Source of the DNA: Phoronis australis | Taxonomy: Eukaryota; Animalia; Phoronida | Reading direction: 5' to 3' | NCBI GenBank assembly: GCA_002633005.1 | Contig: NMRA01000524.1 | Span: 239,815-303,814, forward strand | Length of the DNA: 64,000 nucleotides | In this document: one piece after another, positions 14,291-27,624 of the stretch | Numbering within the stretch: the first letter of the stretch is position 1 | Layout: every line of letters starts with the position of its first letter | Program-made: the position numbers and the translations under genes | The notes under the pieces: model-generated | What the model was told of the DNA's origin: nothing | What the model saw: the letters and a program-made list of their open reading frames with translations, nothing else | Databases searched by the model: none

Positions 14291-14628
14291 TGTTTAAGGA
14301 ACTCTCCCCATGAAGAAGCTTAATTTACACCGACTCCTTTATCAGTAAACCAACTTTATTGTTGTCACCTGCTAGGATCTCAGAGCATAGCGCTCCAGGA
14401 CTGGAATGCCAAATCCCGCGCGTGACACACGCAATCAAGTGTAAGAGCTTGCGACCCCGAGATATCACGGGAGTGGCCACGTGAGTATGCACTATGAACT
14501 TCCGGTTGTCTGCTCAAGTTTTGATCGAGTGTTGCATGAGCTAGATACTGAACTAAATTAACAGGACAATGCGACACGTGTAGCCACCCTTATACACATG
14601 TCTTGATGCACATCAAGTGCATGTGACA
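14291..14628 (-). mobile_element. Possible LTR with adjacent polypurine tract
   Basis: On the minus strand, aaaagggcagag precedes tgtcaca; there is an AATAAA near 14355 and an ...aaaca end. No second copy seen. Confidence 0.3.
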
Positions 14629-14711
14629 CTCTGCCCTTTTCAAAAATAGATGACAAAAATGATACGGGCAAAATAGTTTAAATTTGGGCGATTACTGTAT
14701 AGGTAAGACCA

Positions 14712-17200
14712 ATGTTATATAAGAATGTTAGTAGACGTCAAGACTCGGGGGAAAGCATAGACAATTACATAAACGCCCAGGAGACCCTGATTAAAACTTG
14801 TACATTACAAACTCTGACCGACGAGTTGCTAAGAGATGGAATAGTGTGTGGTCTACGCACGCAGCGTGATCTCACGTTAGAGAAAAACATTGACATAGGA
14901 AGAGCAGCATTTTCACATTTGAAAGTTAAGTCAAGTACTGCAGCGGTTGAGAAGAAATTCATCAATCGACGAAAGGAAACGCCGGCCATGTCATTTGCGA
15001 AACAATACACATTCTTTGGGGAATCTCATGAGAGATCAAAGACCGAATGCCCAGCTTATGGTCAAGACGGTCAGCGCTGTGGAAAGATGAACCAGACAGT
15101 TCAAACCTGTCAAATGCGTGTGCACCCCAAACCCCAAAAGAAGACGAAAAAACCAAGTCCATAAGGTGACTGACGACTCTTGTTCAATACAAAAACAGAA
15201 TCAAAGATTTTTTGCCGATATGATGACAAATGAGAAAATAACAAAATTGTAATATGACTGCGGTGCCACCTGTACCGTACTGCCGGTGAAACACCTGGCT
15301 CCCAACACAGAACCCAAATCGACTCCACGAGTTCTACGTTTAACAAGTCCTGTCTATGAAGATGTGTACAGAATACTAATCCTAAGAATGAGAAAAAAGC
15401 ATTGTGTATAATACACAATGTTCGATGCTGGCGTCACTCCACTACTGAGTTGTCGAGCTGCACAACAAAACTCATCGAGGTGTACATGGCAATATTCAAG
15501 ATGACTCGTCTGCTGCACACTAAGTGGTGACATTGTTGAAGGATACGCTGACGTGTTCGGTGGACTGAAGTATATCCCAGGACAGCTGCATCTGGAAGTT
15601 GACAGCAGTGTGCAGTCTAAAGTGATGCCACGCACAAGGTGTCCCGGTTGCCGTGAAAACGGTAGTTTTAATTGCGCGACGAACTGACAGTCTTGAATGA
15701 CGTGGTATCATCAAGCAGGTGACACAGCCTACGCAGTAAGTGTCTAGCCTTATTATTGTTCGAAAGCCTACGTAATGGTAAACTTCGGGTATGCATCAAC
15801 CCGCAATGTCTGAATAATGCGCTGAAAAGCAATCATTTCCTCTTACCTGTAGTAAAGTGTTTATTAAGGTTGACCTCAAAAAAGGATTGCTTACGACACT
15901 GCACACCCCCAGGGAAATGTCGCAATTCTAAGGATGGCAGCTGGTATTTCGCCACTGCCCGAATACTTCATACAACGCATTGACCAACTACTTGAAGGCC
16001 TGATGGGTGTGTAGAAGTTGGCGGATGGTATACTCACCACTGGACATGGTTAGACTCAAGATGATGTACTCTGCAACCACGATGAAAACCTCAGACTACA
16101 TGTACTACTGCAAAGATGCAGAGAGAAATGCATCAAGCTCATCAGCGACAAGTTAATTTTGAGAGCGTATTGACTTATGAAGGTCTGCTGCTCGACCCAA
16201 AAAAGTTTGGCACTATTATGGAAATCGACAAGCCAACTGATGTTGTTGGAGTTCAACATGTGATTGAAATAATCAAGTACATGTCAAAATTGGGCATGGG
16301 TTATCGGGGATGTATGAACCTCTGAGAAGGCTCACTCACAAGGACGTCTTTTGGAGCTGGTCCGTCGAGCAAGAGTAATAACCTTTTGTGTGTATTAACC
16401 AGGCTACAACGAAGTACTTTGACCCAGCTCTCCCAGTCAAAGGCCAAGGTGATGAGTAGTCAAAAGGTCTTGGATTCGCTCAAATGCAGAATGGACAGCC
16501 TGACCTACGCAAGCAGAACCTTGACAGCAGCTGAACAAAAGTATGCACAAATTGAAAACGAGCTGCTAGCTCTCATTTTCCGAATCGGGTGCAACTACCA
16601 GTATGTCTCTGGACACAAAATGACTCTATGGTCGGATCACAAGCCTTCACACGGAAGAAGCAATTGTACTTGCGATTTCCCCGAATGCACTTCAGCGGTT
16701 GATGATGCACCCGCAAATCTACTACGTAGAAATCCTGCACAAGCCAGGGAAATATCTACACTTTGCTGCTGACACACTGTCGCAAGCATCCTTACCTGGA
16801 AGTGACAAGCAAATCGAACCAGAAACTATTCACATTGCTGATTTCTTGGGTATATCCACGCTACTTCTCGACGAAATCCAGGACGAGACAAGGAAAGTGC
16901 CACTACAGATCCTGAAGAAGACAATTCTCTCTGGCTGCCCAGAAAGGAAACATGATACTACTCAGAAAAAATAAGCGTACATGCCATCGAGAGATGAGCT
17001 CGCAAAGCATGATGACATATCGTTGCATCACACCGAAGATCATACGTGATAAGATCATGACTAGTCTTCATGAGCCACGATGTACTCCCGAGCAGTTTGA
17101 GACGTGCCGTGATGTGATGTATTCACTTGGCGGACTACATTCGTGAATGTGAGACTTGCGACACATAACAAGCAAAACTTGGTAACTGGTCATTTTTACA
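14712..17200 (+). mobile_element. Degraded Ty3/Gypsy LTR retrotransposon gag-pol
   Basis: Gag: QDSGESIDNY, LRDGIVCGL, DLTLEK, decayed knuckle CPAYGQDGQRCGKMN. RT: GKLRVCINPQCLNNALK. RNase H: YASRTLTAAEQKYAQIENELLA, SDHKP, HKPGKYLHFAADTLS. Many frameshifts and stops. Confidence 0.9.
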
Positions 17201-18703
17201 CTGCGCACGCCAGGAGATATGACGTTATATCACCTGTCACGTGCAGTGTTAAAATGGCCAGTTTCCGACTTTGGGAACTAAACGAATGACTGCTGGACGA
17301 AAAAGTTTGATAACGGGAATATTTCATCGAGATGGAAGGAATTAAAGACATCGACGGCCCCCTAAGGTATCCCTCTACGCGCAAAAGTTATTTATAACAA
17401 CGAGACTTTGATGTTTTAGTCAGTGTGAGGCATAATTCGCCGAAAAGCTTCCAGCGTATGATGCTCCTATAGGAGCTACAAAGTCTCTACTGGGCGAGCT
17501 AGAGTCGGTGGTCACTGTCTATTGTTTACGGAAACACACACCACTTACATGTACGTCGGCATCATTCATTTTTACTTTATGAGGTAATTGATTTGTTGCA
17601 AAATGTCTGTGTGAAGTCCTACACTACATTAACAGGCGTAATAAGCTACACAATACATGTTCGCCTACCTAATAGAAAACCCTAATCTGCAAATTTCGGA
17701 TAGGTAGTTGAAGTGTTTATCATATTCTTTGCAAATGTCACTGCATCCTGAATTTTTACTGAAGAATATAACTGTATCAAACGTTACCAAAGGTCCATTT
17801 AATAAATAAATATGCATGCTTTTGGATGAATACCCGACTTACTTCTTAATAGTAGCTGTGAGGAATCCATATTCTAAGATCTTATCTTTGCAATATAGCA
17901 ATCTTATGAATCATTGAAACTGTTTCCCGGCTGATCATTTATATACTGTACAGTAACCTCTCTTGTTCAGCTCCTTTTTATTAAACTCTAAATCAATTGA
18001 TATTGTAAATTAATTAGTTGGTTAATTAGTTGATTAATCAGCCAATTAGTACACGAAGGCTTTCATTATTGCACTCTGTTATTTTTTACATTTTGGGAAG
18101 TCAACACTCTGGATTTTTTTAAAAAAGTATATTTTTAAACCTGTCAGATATGCAAAATGATAATTATTCTTCAAGTAATTTCCTTATCTTGTGCTCCTGT
18201 TACCATCATGCACCATCAACAGCTAATGCATGACATGACTTTTATGCAATTCGGCTGAAAAACGGTAGAGTTGCGCAAAGTCATATTGACAATAATTGAT
18301 ACTTTTTCCATTGGCCAAGTGTTAAATATATATTTGTTATCGTTTGTCCTAACCACATGATTTTGACACGGTATTAGAGCTCAGGTGGTGCTTGGCCATA
18401 TGTAATAAGTCCACAAGGATTTGCGTTACGCAACCTCGGCCGCGCGTGATCGGAGTTGGCATTCAAGTCCTAGAATTCCGAGGGTTGGTGGGAAATGTCA
18501 TGACCTATGTTCAACTTGAGAGCAAACAATGAACTACTATCTAACTTGTCATGCTCTTTCCGTCAAATACTCGAAATTCTTAACGTGCCAACATAGAATT
18601 CTGAGCAGTTTTTACTGTCACCTTATTGACGCAGTCGCCATATTACAAAGTCTCCTTTTCGGTTTAATCACAGCGCAGAACGTGATTTTCTTCGCTTGCC
18701 TCC

Positions 18704-18965
18704 CAGGGGCGGATCCAAGATTTTGATTTAGGGGGGGCAAGGGCACAGGAATAACCAGAATTTCGGCAGATGCGCGCGCCCAGCTTCACATGTAGGGATG
18801 CAGGGCCTCGAATTTTAGGGTGTGCGGTGAACGGGTTTCTTCAGGGCCTATGCATCGTTTATTCACCCCCTGGTTGCAATTCACACCCTTACTCCCAAAT
18901 GGTATCTGGCAGAATTTTAGGGGGGCCATGACCCCCTTGCCCCCCCCCCCCTAAATCCTCCACTG
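18704..18965 (-). mobile_element. G-tract MITE, inverted copy of the 12729-13046 family, 5-bp TSD
   Basis: TIRs caggggcggat / atcctccactg; CCTCC at 18699-18703 and 18966-18970; interior is the reverse complement of 12790-13040. Confidence 0.8.
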
Positions 18966-20053
18966 CCTCCTTATATTTATGTCTCAAATGTGTTGTTTTT
19001 TAAATCTAAAAAGAGGCCTATTTCCAAAATGGCGACTTCGTGAATAAGGTCTATACATACAGTAACTCTTCTGTGATGTTTTAAGAAGAAATTTGAGTTT
19101 CGACAATTACGTGTAATTGTTGCTAGTCTAAATACAGCTTTGAGACCCACGCTTGGAGCAACAGACCTAACAAGGGGAGACAATTGCCTACGAAAGCTAC
19201 CAGACTGATCGCCAATACATATGGCAACTCCAGAAGAAAAAGCATATTTTTGTTCACGCAGGACCATCATAGACTACAGGTCTGAGAAAATCAGAAGTGC
19301 ACATGAAACAACAGAAACATGACTTTACGAAGAACATTGGGTGAACGTTCAATAGTATATGATTTAGAAATGCAATTTCGTGGCTGAACAGACCATATTT
19401 TAGACACTCGATATGTATAAAAATGTACCTAGAACACCAGATTTCTAACGATTGGGAACAAGACTGCTCCACTTGAGGTAAAGCCCTGAGAAAGAAGATT
19501 TCCTGTAAACCGATCTGAACAACACAACATGAGAGTCGCGTTTAACCAAGACGCCCAAAAAGATAGAAAATTATTTTGTTCGAACTCTGCTGATACTGGG
19601 ACAAAAGCTATTAAATCTATCTAAAACAAGATAAGTGTCATCCACACATCTCTTCCCGTACAGTACGACCACAATGTACAAATTTCCATAATCATTCTTG
19701 GTTTGGCCGATAGCGACGGGTGGCAAAAATAGTAAAAAGAGTTACGCGGAGAGTTGAAATGCGCCCAGGAATACAACGCAAACGGTGTGCTTCTAGGGGT
19801 GTTTTTGTATCAGATTATGGCCAAGTGACTGGATACGTGACATACTAGGAGGCTACGACCCGCCGAAAAGATGGTGAGATGTTGATGTAGTTATAGCTCG
19901 AACGATTTAACCTTGTTGGACATGTTGTACCGGCTTACTTCCTAAACGACACTACTCACGCACTCGTGAACATGACAACTCAAAAGTGCTCATGGACAGC
20001 ACACGGACATGAAGCCTGTTTCGCATCAATTTAGTTATTACAATTCCAACAAG

Positions 20054-20096
20054 TCTCTCTCTCTCTCTCCCTCTCCCTCTCCCTCTCCCTCTCCCT

Positions 20097-20128
<32 letters not shown>

Positions 20129-20170
20129 CNNNNNNNNNNNNNNNNNNNNNNNNNCTCCCCCTCCCTCCTT
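20054..20170. repeat. (CT)n/(CTCTCC)n microsatellite spanning a gap
   Basis: Seen directly. Confidence 0.9.
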
Positions 20171-20174
20171 CCCA

Positions 20175-20460
20175 TCGCCACCCCAGTCTTTGTAGTATAC
20201 ACGGCCATCGAATGTCCAGCAACCCTGAACCTTAGCACCCACGTCTCTACAGGCTTTGAACAGCTGTGCTCTGCGTTTGGTCAAGATCTCATTCACTAAA
20301 ACTCTGCTTGCGACGTCTTTTAGATTTTTCTTCTTTTTCATGAAGTCAGACCGAGCATTGTAGGACACAGATTTCACAATTATGGGGCGCTTATTGGTAG
20401 ACACTGAATCTTTTCTGTCCAATCGGTGGCTGCGACTAATGTCAGACTTAAAAACTGTCG
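20175..20460 (-). mobile_element. LINE (CR1/L2-type) ORF1 C-terminal fragment
   Basis: RPIIVKSVSYNARSDFMKKKKNLK...VNEILTKRRAQLFKACR...GCWTFDGRVYYK matches the RPIIVKF/NExLT/WTxDG pattern of RRM-CTD-type ORF1 proteins. Confidence 0.75.
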
Positions 20461-21082
20461 GCTCTTTGCAAGCCCAGAATTACTTCTCATCTGATTACAG
20501 AACAAGTTGGAAGTGGTCTACGTTGATAACTTTTCAATGCAGGTTACACGCATCTTATTACCCATAGTGCATGGCACTGTGATTAGTTTCAGCTAAGATG
20601 ACTATATTAAAGAGACTACTTTTGCTACCAGCCACACTCCCTTGTAATTCAATTGATTAAGAAAGAAACAGGACTTTTTGGAAAGTCAGAACACGATTTC
20701 AAACTGATTTCTAGTAATTATTGAATTATGAAGACCTCACCAGACTGACAAAAAGTAAACGAAATTCGTAAGCACTCCGTCCGACGCAACTTTCCCATAT
20801 ACATATATATGCGATCACTCCAAAGCCCACGAAATTCAAAAAGTCTCAGCGATTTTTCCTCCAATGATTCAAGAACACGTGGAACATGATTTCAGAGTAA
20901 TAAGTCACGTCACTTTTATTACATCGGCTACATGTAATTACTTTAATGACGGACAGGTGGGCAGACTGCACATACTCAACTACCGAGCTAGTTAAGTATG
21001 TGCGTATGTTGCTTTGGAGCGCGTATCTTGCACCTTTTTTTCGCAAAGTGTGGCACTTTGGGGTTTACATAAACCAGACACC

Positions 21083-21228
21083 TGTTCAGTAACACTAGAC
21101 TTCGCTAAAAAGCAAGATTTCGCGAGATTACGTGAATCAGAGATATTGCCGTGTATTTTTCAAATGAGAACACGTGATTTTTGCTAGATTTTATCTAGGT
21201 CCTAGCGCAGGTCCTATAGCTACTGAAC
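21083..21228. mobile_element. ~150-bp MITE (TIR gttcagta/tactgaac); inverted second copy at 38580-38720
   Basis: The reverse complement aligns across its length with 38580-38720. Confidence 0.7.
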
Positions 21229-21260
21229 GCGCGTCATTATGTGACTATTATTTATGTGGA

Positions 21261-21433
21261 CAATGGCGGATCCAGGGGGGTCAAGGGGGTCCGGACCCCG
21301 TTTTTCCTTTGATGTTAGTGATATAAAATCTGGAATTTTCAAATTGTTGACAACGGGAAAACGCCGTAATGCCATTTTTAAAAAAGTCCTTGATCCAACC
21401 CCCCCCTTTCAAAAAATCCTGGATCCGCCAGTG
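21261..21433 (+). mobile_element. G-tract MITE ~240 bp upstream of the GPCR start codon
   Basis: TIRs caatggcggatccag / ctggatccgccagtg; no clear TSD. Confidence 0.7.
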
Positions 21434-21675
21434 AATTAGGCCTACATAAAATTTTCAGTTTTAACAGTTTGGTTACGTTGAAAGAACCCGCGCGATGGCA
21501 CTGAGCGATGGTTAATACGGCTCGCGATTACAGTCAGTTCCCAACCAGACAACTGTCAATCATCATCTTGACGTCAATTACACCTGGTCTTAAACGTATA
21601 TAAACAATGGGACTACGGCGTAGATAAGTCTTATTAGTGGTACTACAGTAGGCCTGACTACATAAATCGACCACA

Positions 21676-22725
21676 ATGTCAACAGCAATTGAAAGTGAGC
21701 AGGTACTAAATTTCTCGCTAAACCACAACACAAGCCAAGAGGCACTTTGCCTTTCGTGCGGCCAAGAGCATGGATGGCCCTACGCCATCGTGATCGTTGT
21801 CATCAGTTCATTTTGTACCATCGTCAACATACTGAACATATGTATTTATTCAATCAGCGACCTCCAAATACTTGGTGGCATCTTCATGCTGGAGATAAGT
21901 TGCGGCGATTTGGTCATCGGCATAGTCTCTTTCACGGCAGTGGTTCCCGCCTTCACAGGAGTTTGGCCGTACGGCGACACGTTATGCTCAATCATCGGCA
22001 CAGTGAAGTCCTTGGCGTTCTTCATATCTTTAACAACTCTGGCCATGATTAGCCTGGACAGGTATTTCAGGATAACCCGGGGTATTCGTTACATTCTGTT
22101 CATGACAAAGAGAAAACAAGTCTGTTTGATATGTTTTCAGTGTTTCCTAATTGGGATGTCCTGTCTCGATTCACCCAGCGGATGGAGAACTTATACTTAC
22201 GTACCGTCAATCAAATCTTGCGCAGTCTCTTATAAACGGGGTAATGTCATCACGAAAGTGACCAACATGGCGGTCCTCGGTACTCCATTGATAATCATTC
22301 TAGCGTGCTACTGGAGAATACGAAAGATCGTACTTCGTCACAGACGTTTCATCAACAGTTGTCGTCCAACAACTCAGGCATATCCAGCGGAGGTTAAAAA
22401 CTACGAGTTGCAATGCAGCCAACAAAATCTGAAACACATTGTCACAACTGTCCTGCTCATTGGTAGCTATTTAGTTTGTTACCTCCCAATCTTGTTTACG
22501 CAACTGATAGCGGAAGGCGGATACAACCCAGAAAAGAAGAACAGTCGCCAAAAAACAACGGCCACGTTCATCGCCTACTGGCTGATGACGTGTGGTAGTT
22601 TCGTCAACTTCTTTATTTACAACTGGCGATGCAAAGTCTTTCGACAACAGCTCAGTTTATTGAAGAGAAAGCTTCTTAGAAAGTTAAGAATAAATCAAAA
22701 CCAGACGGCACCCTCTGAAATCTAA
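21676..22725 (+). CDS. Intronless class A (rhodopsin-like) orphan GPCR, GPR21/GPR52-like, 349 aa
   Basis: Seven hydrophobic segments; N-terminal sequons NFS and NHN-T; TM1 Asn, TM2 Asp, WPYG..LC at ECL1/TM3, SLDRY, ECL2 Cys, TM5 P...YWRI, TM6 CYLP, TM7 WL...SFVNFFIY, helix 8 FR. Confidence 0.93.
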   Translation: MSTAIESEQVLNFSLNHNTSQEALCLSCGQEHGWPYAIVIVVISSFCTIVNILNICIYSISDLQILGGIFMLEISCGDLVIGIVSFTAVVPAFTGVWPYGDTLCSIIGTVKSLAFFISLTTLAMISLDRYFRITRGIRYILFMTKRKQVCLICFQCFLIGMSCLDSPSGWRTYTYVPSIKSCAVSYKRGNVITKVTNMAVLGTPLIIILACYWRIRKIVLRHRRFINSCRPTTQAYPAEVKNYELQCSQQNLKHIVTTVLLIGSYLVCYLPILFTQLIAEGGYNPEKKNSRQKTTATFIAYWLMTCGSFVNFFIYNWRCKVFRQQLSLLKRKLLRKLRINQNQTAPSEI

Positions 22726-23284
22726 GATGTCGTACGGGAAACCAACCACAATTTTCCACGCAGCGTCTACATACTGCATTTCGAAAGTGTTTTTGCCGTA
22801 ACCAATAGTGCGCTGTTGCATCAAACAGTCGCAAATAGAGACTCATCTACGTTCTCTAAATCTTTTGCGTATGTGTATCTTTGTTTACTTTTAACATGAC
22901 CTCCTTTTAGACTAGTAACATTTCCTAACAGTACACCTAAAAACTCGGAGACAATAAACAGGTACTTTAATTTTAAACCAAGGGCACTGCGTGAAAAGGT
23001 CTCGACTTATTTTCACTAATATCGTGAATTCAACGTAGAATTTATTATTAGTGTGTATCAAAAGCTAAAAATTGACTGAGCAAGGAAGACAAAATAGCAC
23101 TAGAAATTATAATTAGTGATTGTACAAGTCCACACCTGCGGTAAAAGTTCAAGGAACATTGTCGAGTCCCTATTTGGAATGGTTTCATGCAATCGGACAC
23201 TTGGTCTCTAAATCCGTCTATGGGATATGCATGTACGTTGAAGGCTACAGATTTGTGCGATACTTTATATTCTGAAAAAAAAAC

Positions 23285-24066
23285 NNNNNNNNNNNNNNNN
23301 NNNNNNNNNNNNNNNNNNNNNNNNNNNNNNNNNNNNNNNNNNNNNNNNNNNNNNNNNNNNNNNNNNNNNNNNNNNNNNNNNNNNNNNNNNNNNNNNNNNN
23401 NNNNNNNNNNNNNNNNNNNNNNNNNNNNNNNNNNNNNNNNNNNNNNNNNNNNNNNNNNNNNNNNNNNNNNNNNNNNNNNNNNNNNNNNNNNNNNNNNNNN
23501 NNNNNNNNNNNNNNNNNNNNNNNNNNNNNNNNNNNNNNNNNNNNNNNNNNNNNNNNNNNNNNNNNNNNNNNNNNNNNNNNNNNNNNNNNNNNNNNNNNNN
23601 NNNNNNNNNNNNNNNNNNNNNNNNNNNNNNNNNNNNNNNNNNNNNNNNNNNNNNNNNNNNNNNNNNNNNNNNNNNNNNNNNNNNNNNNNNNNNNNNNNNN
23701 NNNNNNNNNNNNNNNNNNNNNNNNNNNNNNNNNNNNNNNNNNNNNNNNNNNNNNNNNNNNNNNNNNNNNNNNNNNNNNNNNNNNNNNNNNNNNNNNNNNN
23801 NNNNNNNNNNNNNNNNNNNNNNNNNNNNNNNNNNNNNNNNNNNNNNNNNNNNNNNNNNNNNNNNNNNNNNNNNNNNNNNNNNNNNNNNNNNNNNNNNNNN
23901 NNNNNNNNNNNNNNNNNNNNNNNNNNNNNNNNNNNNNNNNNNNNNNNNNNNNNNNNNNNNNNNNNNNNNNNNNNNNNNNNNNNNNNNNNNNNNNNNNNNN
24001 NNNNNNNNNNNNNNNNNNNNNNNNNNNNNNNNNNNNNNNNNNNNNNNNNNNNNNNNNNNNNNNNNN
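23285..24066. other. Assembly gap
   Basis: Run of N. Confidence 0.99.
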
Positions 24067-24734
24067 CCTATGTTAGTTTGTACATTATATTCACAAATCT
24101 ATATATCTATTTTCATCATTTCGTGAAAATAAGTGTTTCAAGTTACTCTTCTCTCTGTAATGTTTGTTACTATGATAGAGTTATATATATTGTTATCAAA
24201 ATCATAACCATTCCTCTGCCTGCATGTTTCCGATTAGCTGGCAGCCACCTGTATTATTTTATGTATTGTTTGTTACATAACATAAATGGTTTAAAAAGTA
24301 AAGAGGGAGACTTATAGTCTATGCTGTGATACATCATCACAGAAGAGCCCCACTTATGACATGATGTGGAAATACTTACTTAAAACCGCCAAATACCAGG
24401 CCTGTAGCCAGGGGGTGGGGTGGTGTGTGTGTGGTACATCAGTGCGTGTTGCGGCCGATAGATGGCGCGCACGTGGTAATAAATAAAACAACACGAATAT
24501 TTTAACAATAGAATAGGTCTATTAATTTGCAGCGTTGTGATTTACAAATTAAAGATTACAATAAGTTGTGAGACTGACGACTAACTGATTGAGGCAAGAT
24601 ATCCCTACTGGAAAAACTACTGGTATGGATAGGTTTGATACCTAGTTCGTGTTACTGAGAAAGCTGGTTTAAACAGGCCTGTTGGAAGGGTGATAAGTGC
24701 CCGATAGCATAAACAGTACCCATAGGAACTCAGC

Positions 24735-25018
24735 TAAGTTCCCTAAATCTATTGCATATTAATTTTGTAGTCTTGTGAAAACACGAACTGTCTTTTCTTA
24801 TGCTATTTGAGTCTCGTTATTGTGTCAATTTTTGTAGTTAATACAGATCGAGAGTGAACTTTACCTTGAATTCTCAATGATACTGAAAATAAATAGGGAC
24901 CTTTTTATGCAACACTCCTAATTAAGGATTAAGCCACTAATTATTATGACTTAATTAAAGACTCAGTTTTAGTTATGTTATTAGAAAAACACCATCAGTC
25001 AAAGAGGAGCTCATAATA
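24735..25018 (+). repeat. Dispersed LTR-like repeat; inverted copy at 32022-32275
   Basis: ccctaaatcta...cttgtgaaaaca...gagagtgaact...ctcagttttagttat...agtcaaagaggagctc is shared; the 32 kb copy ends gagctcgtaaca, an LTR-like terminus. Confidence 0.55.
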
Positions 25019-26109
25019 AAGATAAAACAATAAAAATATAACATCTGTGCGTAAAGAACAAACCAAATACCCTAATGGAACTTAGTCGAGTCCCTATTTG
25101 CGACTGGTTCACCCAACGAGGCAACCGTCCCCGTATTCCCGCAAAATTAAGGAAAAATCTAGGAAAAATATAAATTGGAGGAGAGCAGTATCTAATAGCA
25201 GACCATAAGCAAAGCTGTACACTTACAGGTAAGAAATAAAGCATTCACATAGGTGGGGGAGGACGGAATTAGTGGTGACGGGGGGGGACAGGTTTCCTAT
25301 GTTCAAAGCTTACGCTTTAGGTAAATAATATCGAGGCAATGTTCCTCAGAGGTGCGTAGGAACGTTACATTTATATCAAACACCACCTCAACACTGTAAC
25401 ATCTCCTCCAACAGAAACTCAAGCCACATTGAAATTACAAGTTATAATGAGTTTGTGACACATAAGAGAAGAGTCCATAATTACTCTGCACAGAAGTAAT
25501 CTGCTAATTTACTAAACGTCGAGTATTTCCTAATGAACTAATCTGTGTATGTCCAAAATGAAATATCTAGAAAACTACAGTTTTATAAATTAAAGCCAGG
25601 AAAACCGCATCACACAAAAGATCAGAGGCGGTGTCGAATTTAAATTGAGGAATTATCATCACAGGAGTAAACCAAACAACTTACTTTTGCTTTGGCGAAA
25701 TATTTCACGTCTGTTGGTGAGGAAACACAAGTGGCTGTTTGTCTGTTGGGTGTATACTTTCTGCAATAAAGCAAAAATGGTGATTACATATGTATAACAA
25801 CAACAACAGACACAACACAAGTTGGGTGGGTGGGTGGCGGGTTGGGTGAGTACTTAGTTGCCAGCACTCAAGAATGAAACAAGAGCCACACAGAGCGTTG
25901 ACATGAACCCACTATGTGCATCCCATATACAGCAGACACAAATGATTTCCTATTTGCTATTAACTTGGTCTCAATTAGTTCCATCCTCAGCTTAGATGTG
26001 ATTTCGGTTCCTAGGCACGCAAAGAAGCACTAAAAATTACTTAAACTACTGAAAAGTGACTGAAAAGTGACTGCACGAGAGCACCAGGCAAAAGTGGGAA
26101 CATGATATG

Positions 26110-26277
26110 CAGCGCTGTAGTGGTAAAATTTGAGGTACATGTACATTTAAGTAGGCGCCCAAAGCCCACCGTATCACCTTGAGCACTGAACGTAACTTAC
26201 GGTGCGTAGGCGCTACATTCAAATGCCAAAAAGTGGTTGGCTAAGCCTACGTGCGCCTAGGCCCCACTACAGCACTG
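26110..26277. mobile_element. MITE with 14-bp TIR and 5-bp TSD
   Basis: cagcgctgtagtgg / ccactacagcactg; ATATG at 26105-26109 and 26278-26282. Confidence 0.8.
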
Positions 26278-27551
26278 ATATGTCACAGATTTTGTTAAAA
26301 TACAGCTAAATTGAACACCTAGGTGGAACGATTAATAACTGAAATGTTTTTAGTTGAAAAACTAGCAGCGTCATTCTGGCCATCTTTCCTTTTGAAAAAA
26401 AAATTCGATCGGTGATAACGCCAATTTTAGACAGCTGCGGCGAAACACCAGAAAAAAAACTATTTCACGTTTCTGGCATGAATCTTTCTGAAATTTTAAA
26501 AGCTGTTGTTATCTAGACATATATTTTGTTCCATTGGATGTTGCAAAGGATTTTGACTAAGCCTCTATCTTGAGCTAAATGTGCTTGTACTGTCAATCAG
26601 TGGAAGTGGTCAACAAAAATAAAACATGGTGATGCCAATACTGATTTAAGTTAACTTTGGCCAGTGGTGAACTACGATGCCTCAATGCAGACATTGGTGT
26701 ATTTGTCCATATACATGTTTCAAAAGCTTTTACTCAACCTGGAACATGACCAAGTTTCTGAGCAAGCGTGGCTATAAACTTCACACCAGCAGCAACAGCG
26801 GCGGCGGCAGCAGCAGCACTCTTCCAGACACAGCTTCTATTGTGAGTTAGTGATGCGTACAATGAGCTGATAGGCCATGCTGGGAACTATATTCCAATGA
26901 ATTATTTCAAGATTTGGGTTTTTGTTGGCAAAATCGCTATTACTTGACCAATTTTGAAATTTCGAGGACCCACATAGTCAAGCTATATTATTTGTTTCCA
27001 CCAGTTTTCACGTCCCAATAGAAAGTGGGATAATACAGTGAGAGCTTGGTATACCTGTCAACCATCACAATACAAAATAAAAGGATGAAGAGACAGACAT
27101 TCATGTGCTAAATGTATGTAAGACCTTATGGGACAAGTCTGGGTATTTAGACAAATATTTTCAAAACTAGACTAGTAAACAAACACACACGCACGCACAC
27201 ACATATAGTTAAAAACACGTCACTTGTTGACAATCTTTATTTCATCCCGTTCTTATCCTCAAAACAAAATCCGACATTCAACAAAACATTGGTAACTGAC
27301 CAAAAAACATGATTAAAAGACACATGATATGGAAACATACTTGTTTCATTCTCAAGTGGAAATGAAATTACACAGTACTACCACCTCAGAGCAAAAGCTA
27401 GTAACATACACAGTGGGACACGGCAGATATGAAATACTGCAAAGAATGAGGGGAAGTCATGCAAACTAGTGTAGCGTGCGGCGCGACCCTGTTAGCTGTT
27501 CATTCAAAATAGGCTAAAGCCCCCCCCCCCCCTGGTATACCGCCTATAGAC

Positions 27552-27624
27552 CATGGGCGGCGCAGCACTGAAAAAAGTGGGGGCTATAGCCCCCCCCCCC
27601 CCAAGCAGTGGTGCGCCGCCCATG
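27552..27624. mobile_element. Mini-MITE, catgggcggcgca family (also 31848-31990 and 55579-55856)
   Basis: Perfect TIR catgggcggcgca / tgcgccgcccatg around G/C tracts. Confidence 0.7.

Noticed and set aside
18430-18510. tRNA/SINE-like sequence; also near 13085-13145
   Set aside because: A and B boxes too degenerate, and no cloverleaf could be drawn.
19952-20299. ER/RG/SP-repeat ORFs
   Set aside because: Translations of a CT microsatellite.
21676-22725. GPCR as an opsin or biogenic-amine receptor
   Set aside because: No Lys7.43 (Thr) and no Asp3.32 (Lys).
23187-24317. 376-aa ORF; similar cases at 53125-53532 and 55601-55939
   Set aside because: Almost entirely N-gap.
26750-26850. Short CAG/CGG-rich open frame ending at a gtgagt donor-like site
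   Set aside because: No recognisable homology or partner exon, and the strand is ambiguous.
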